A DNA stretch of 64,000 nucleotides from Escherichia phage VpaE1_ev78: sequence record LR597663. One strand, written 5' to 3'. The notes beneath the pieces are model-generated. The model did no database searches. It was not told the origin of the DNA and was given only the letters and a program-made list of their open reading frames with translations. A program made the translations under genes and the position numbers. Position 1 is the first letter of the stretch, and each line of letters starts with the position of its first letter. Below are positions 61,264 through 64,000 of the stretch, one piece after another.

Positions 61264-61755
61264 ATGAATAAGGGTTATTTTGAAAAATACCTAGTATATG
61301 AACCAGATACAGGTTTATTAATTTGGAGAGTAACCCTTTGCAGTACCGCTATTGCTGGTAATGTGGCTGGCACAAGGTCTAAGAAGGGTTATATCCAAGT
61401 CCAGATAAATAAGAAGAGGTACTATGCACATAATATTGCATGGATTATGTCTGGAGGTGAGATACCAAGTGGATATGAGATAGACCACATAGACCTTGAT
61501 AAAACTAATAATAAGTTGGAGAATTTAAGACTTAGCACAAAGTCACAAAATCAGAGGAATAGAGGTATACACAAGAATAATAAAACTGGTGTGAAGGGTG
61601 TAAGTTTTTGTAAACAAACAGGTCTTTACAAAGCAAGAGTCATGCTTTACTATAAAGAATACTTTTGTGGAAGATTTAAAACGGTAGAAGAAGCAAAAGA
61701 AGCTGTAATTAAAAAGCGAATAGAACTTCATGGTGAGTTTGCAAGACATAACTAA
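61264..61755 (+). CDS. HNH homing endonuclease with AP2 domain
   Basis: HNH-like YEIDHIDLDKTNNKLENLR followed by AP2-like GVKGVSF...GLYKARV; paralogue of 38723..39250. Confidence 0.75.
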   Translation: MNKGYFEKYLVYEPDTGLLIWRVTLCSTAIAGNVAGTRSKKGYIQVQINKKRYYAHNIAWIMSGGEIPSGYEIDHIDLDKTNNKLENLRLSTKSQNQRNRGIHKNNKTGVKGVSFCKQTGLYKARVMLYYKEYFCGRFKTVEEAKEAVIKKRIELHGEFARHN

Positions 61756-61769
61756 GAGAGAGATAAAAT

Positions 61770-63551
61770 ATGAGTAAGTCACTTTACGCAGTACCGGCAG
61801 GTCTTAATGCAGATGCTTACAAGGCATCACATATATATCAGTATCCAGATGCTACACAGTATCTTATGCTAAACCTGACACCACGTAGTGACAAATGGTT
61901 TAACAGCCCCTTAGCAATTGATGGTGTAGTAGCTTTTGGTATTCAACGTTTTGTTAAAGATTACTTGATAGACCACTGGAATGCCACCTTCTTTGAACGT
62001 GACAAAAAAGAAGCAATTGATGAAATCTTAGAAGTCATGAACGGTGTTCTGGGTAAAGATGCTATTGGTCGAGAACATTGGGAAGCACTTCACGACTTAG
62101 GTTATCTACCAGTTGAAGTATACGCTGTAGAAGAGGGTACAGTTGTCCCTATGCGTGTTCCAATGATTGTATTCCAGAACACTGTTTCAGGTTTCCATTG
62201 GGTAGCAGGGTATCTAGAAGATGCTTTCTCTGCTGAGATTTGGAAGGCTTGTACCATTGCAACTATTGCATTGCACTACAAACGTATCTGTAAGAAGTGG
62301 GCTGACCTTACTTGTGACAATGCATTACATTTACCTTATCAGTGCCATGACTTTGCTATGCGTGGTATGTCTGGCTTTACCGATGACGCATTTAACGCTG
62401 TAGGCCACTTAACCAGCTTTAAAGGGACTGATAGCTTCCCTGCTGTATATACAGCTAAACGCATCTATGGACAGTCTTACCCAATCTCTGATATTGGTAG
62501 CTCTGTACCAGCCACTGAGCACTCTGTAATGTGTGCAAACATTGCTTGGGAAGGTGGTAATGAGTTGATTGAAGAAGAAAGACGCTTTAAAGGTGAGTTA
62601 CAAACCTTCCGTCGTTTCTTAACAGAAACTTACCCAACTGGTATTGCAAGTGTTGTTTCAGACACTTATAACTTCTGGAGAACTGTGTCAGAAATTTTAC
62701 CAGCACTTCGTAAAGAAATTATGGAACGTGATGGCAAACTGGTAATTCGTCCTGACTCTGGAGACCCTGTACATATTGTCACAGGTTATAAAGCAATCCA
62801 CTTAGAATGTGCTAAAAAGGCTTATTACGAACACTTAAGCAAGCTTGAAGCCAGCGACACAATGTTGAATGCTGTTCTGAACATGAAGCTTGAAAACATC
62901 AATTATGGTATTGCTGGATGGCTACTGTCAGAAGGCTACGAAATGGTTGTTGACAGAGAAGACTTTGAAGTTGCTGATACAGTGCTGTTGAAAAACGCTT
63001 ATATGGTTGGTTCTGCAAACGTTGTAACACGTCCTGTAGCTGAGATTGATGGAGCTATTAAGACACTGTACAACATCTTTGGGGGAACTATTAACTCTAA
63101 AGGGTTTAAGGTACTGGATGAGCATATCGGACTTATCTATGGTGACTCTATCACGCTGGAACGTGCAAACGAAATCCTGAAGCGTCTGTATGAAATGGGT
63201 TTTGCAAGCTCTAACGTAGTGTTTGGCGTAGGTTCTTACACTTACCAGTACATGACTCGTGACACCTTTGCATTTGCTGTCAAAGCAACTCTTGCAAGCA
63301 TTGGTGGTAAAGAGATTATGCTTGCAAAAGACCCTAAAACAGATAGTGGTGTTAAGAAATCTGCCTTTGGTGGTGTAGCACCTATGTGGGATGGTGACAA
63401 GCTGAAAGCTATAGATGGCTATGGATTCCAGAGTTTTGCAGATGTACTTGACCACCCAGCTTGTGCCTTACGTTTAGTCTTTAGTGACTCTGAGCAGTTC
63501 GGTTACACAACTCTTGGGGATATTCGAAATAATATTGACAAGCAGCTTTAA
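61770..63551 (+). CDS. nadV: nicotinamide phosphoribosyltransferase
   Basis: 593 aa; N-terminal Y(K/A)(A/V)SHI-type region and overall length match NAMPT; adjacent to prs. Confidence 0.8.
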   Translation: MSKSLYAVPAGLNADAYKASHIYQYPDATQYLMLNLTPRSDKWFNSPLAIDGVVAFGIQRFVKDYLIDHWNATFFERDKKEAIDEILEVMNGVLGKDAIGREHWEALHDLGYLPVEVYAVEEGTVVPMRVPMIVFQNTVSGFHWVAGYLEDAFSAEIWKACTIATIALHYKRICKKWADLTCDNALHLPYQCHDFAMRGMSGFTDDAFNAVGHLTSFKGTDSFPAVYTAKRIYGQSYPISDIGSSVPATEHSVMCANIAWEGGNELIEEERRFKGELQTFRRFLTETYPTGIASVVSDTYNFWRTVSEILPALRKEIMERDGKLVIRPDSGDPVHIVTGYKAIHLECAKKAYYEHLSKLEASDTMLNAVLNMKLENINYGIAGWLLSEGYEMVVDREDFEVADTVLLKNAYMVGSANVVTRPVAEIDGAIKTLYNIFGGTINSKGFKVLDEHIGLIYGDSITLERANEILKRLYEMGFASSNVVFGVGSYTYQYMTRDTFAFAVKATLASIGGKEIMLAKDPKTDSGVKKSAFGGVAPMWDGDKLKAIDGYGFQSFADVLDHPACALRLVFSDSEQFGYTTLGDIRNNIDKQL

Positions 63552-63566
63552 AAGTATATGATAAGA

Positions 63567-63587
63567 GGCTCCTACGGGAGCCTTTTT
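63567..63587 (+). terminator. intrinsic terminator (GGCTCC-TAC-GGGAGCC plus TTTTT)
   Basis: Hairpin and T-run after nadV. Confidence 0.7.
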
Positions 63588-63604
63588 AATTTCTGGAGAA
63601 AACT

Positions 63605-63940
63605 ATGAAAATCAAAGAGATGAACATCAACATTGTCTTAGAAGAACGTTGGGAGAACATCAAGAAGCCTGAAGATGGTCATAAGTTCCTTAACAAAATC
63701 TTGGTAGCAGCTAAAGAAGAACTGACTGGCAAGATTGCAGCAGCAATCACAATAAAAGTCTGTGTAAAAGGTCTTCCAGACAACCACCAATTTGCGCTTG
63801 ACGAGTTTAAAGAAAGCTTCTACAATCCAAACAAACAGATGCTTGAAAGTAACTTTGCAGTGTCTACAAGTATCGTCCATGACAGAAGTTTTATCCTTTA
63901 CAAAAATATGAGAGGTGAGTCATGCAAGCATATTGGATAG
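63605..63940 (+). CDS. hypothetical protein (111 aa)
   Basis: ORF with RBS after terminator; no recognisable motif (no NMNAT signature). Confidence 0.5.
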   Translation: MKIKEMNINIVLEERWENIKKPEDGHKFLNKILVAAKEELTGKIAAAITIKVCVKGLPDNHQFALDEFKESFYNPNKQMLESNFAVSTSIVHDRSFILYKNMRGESCKHIG

Positions 63941-64000
63941 AAATTTTACTGTCACTTGGCAGTGTAGCAGTATTTGTTTACCTTATTTGCAAGTACTATG

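Noticed and set aside
62928-63455. 175-aa antisense ORF inside nadV
   Set aside because: Sense strand encodes a full-length NAMPT-like protein; antisense ORF lacks RBS
63605-63940. Candidate NMNAT partner of NAMPT
   Set aside because: No (H/T)xGH nucleotidyltransferase motif; left as hypothetical

Overview
This window looks like part of a lytic, AT-rich (roughly 40% GC by eye) tailed-phage genome with a contractile-tail (myovirus-type) gene order. All calls below come from reading the sequence and the supplied ORF translations; no database search or RNA-folding program was run, and hand-counted coordinates of RNA genes and motifs may be off by 1-2 nt. Layout: (1) 1-2700, two small minus-strand ORFs, then a plus-strand early block carrying a GNPxGRPKG-motif protein and a 471-aa vWA/MIDAS protein; (2) 2700-8410, a dense tRNA array (26 cloverleaf tRNAs plus 2 atypical tRNA-like elements) interrupted by two paralogous HNH endonucleases, a membrane protein and a Ser/Thr-rich ORF, with reiterated spacer motifs, closed by tandem terminators; (3) 8630-32340, structural module: terminase large subunit, portal, S49 prohead protease/scaffold, lambda gpE-like capsid, sheath, tube, chaperone pair with a -1 frameshift site, tape measure, baseplate, and two tail fibres with reiterated HxH motifs; (4) 32377-41960 on the minus strand: ThyA, DHFR, a run of small ORFs (zinc ribbons, HTH regulator, secreted/lipoproteins), ATP-dependent DNA ligase, HNH-AP2 endonuclease and family A DNA polymerase; (5) 42000-64000 on the plus strand: early/replication and nucleotide-metabolism genes (dNMP kinase, primase-helicase, SSB-like, T4 RNase H-like nuclease, MazG-like, class I RNR NrdAB plus glutaredoxin, class III RNR NrdDG, PRPP synthetase, NAMPT), each unit ending in a clear intrinsic terminator. 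No integrase, rRNA or CRISPR array was seen. The most unusual content is the vWA protein sitting beside non-canonical tRNA-like RNAs, the repeat-laden tRNA array, the Prs-NAMPT NAD+ salvage pair split by a homing endonuclease, and several unannotatable small-gene islands.
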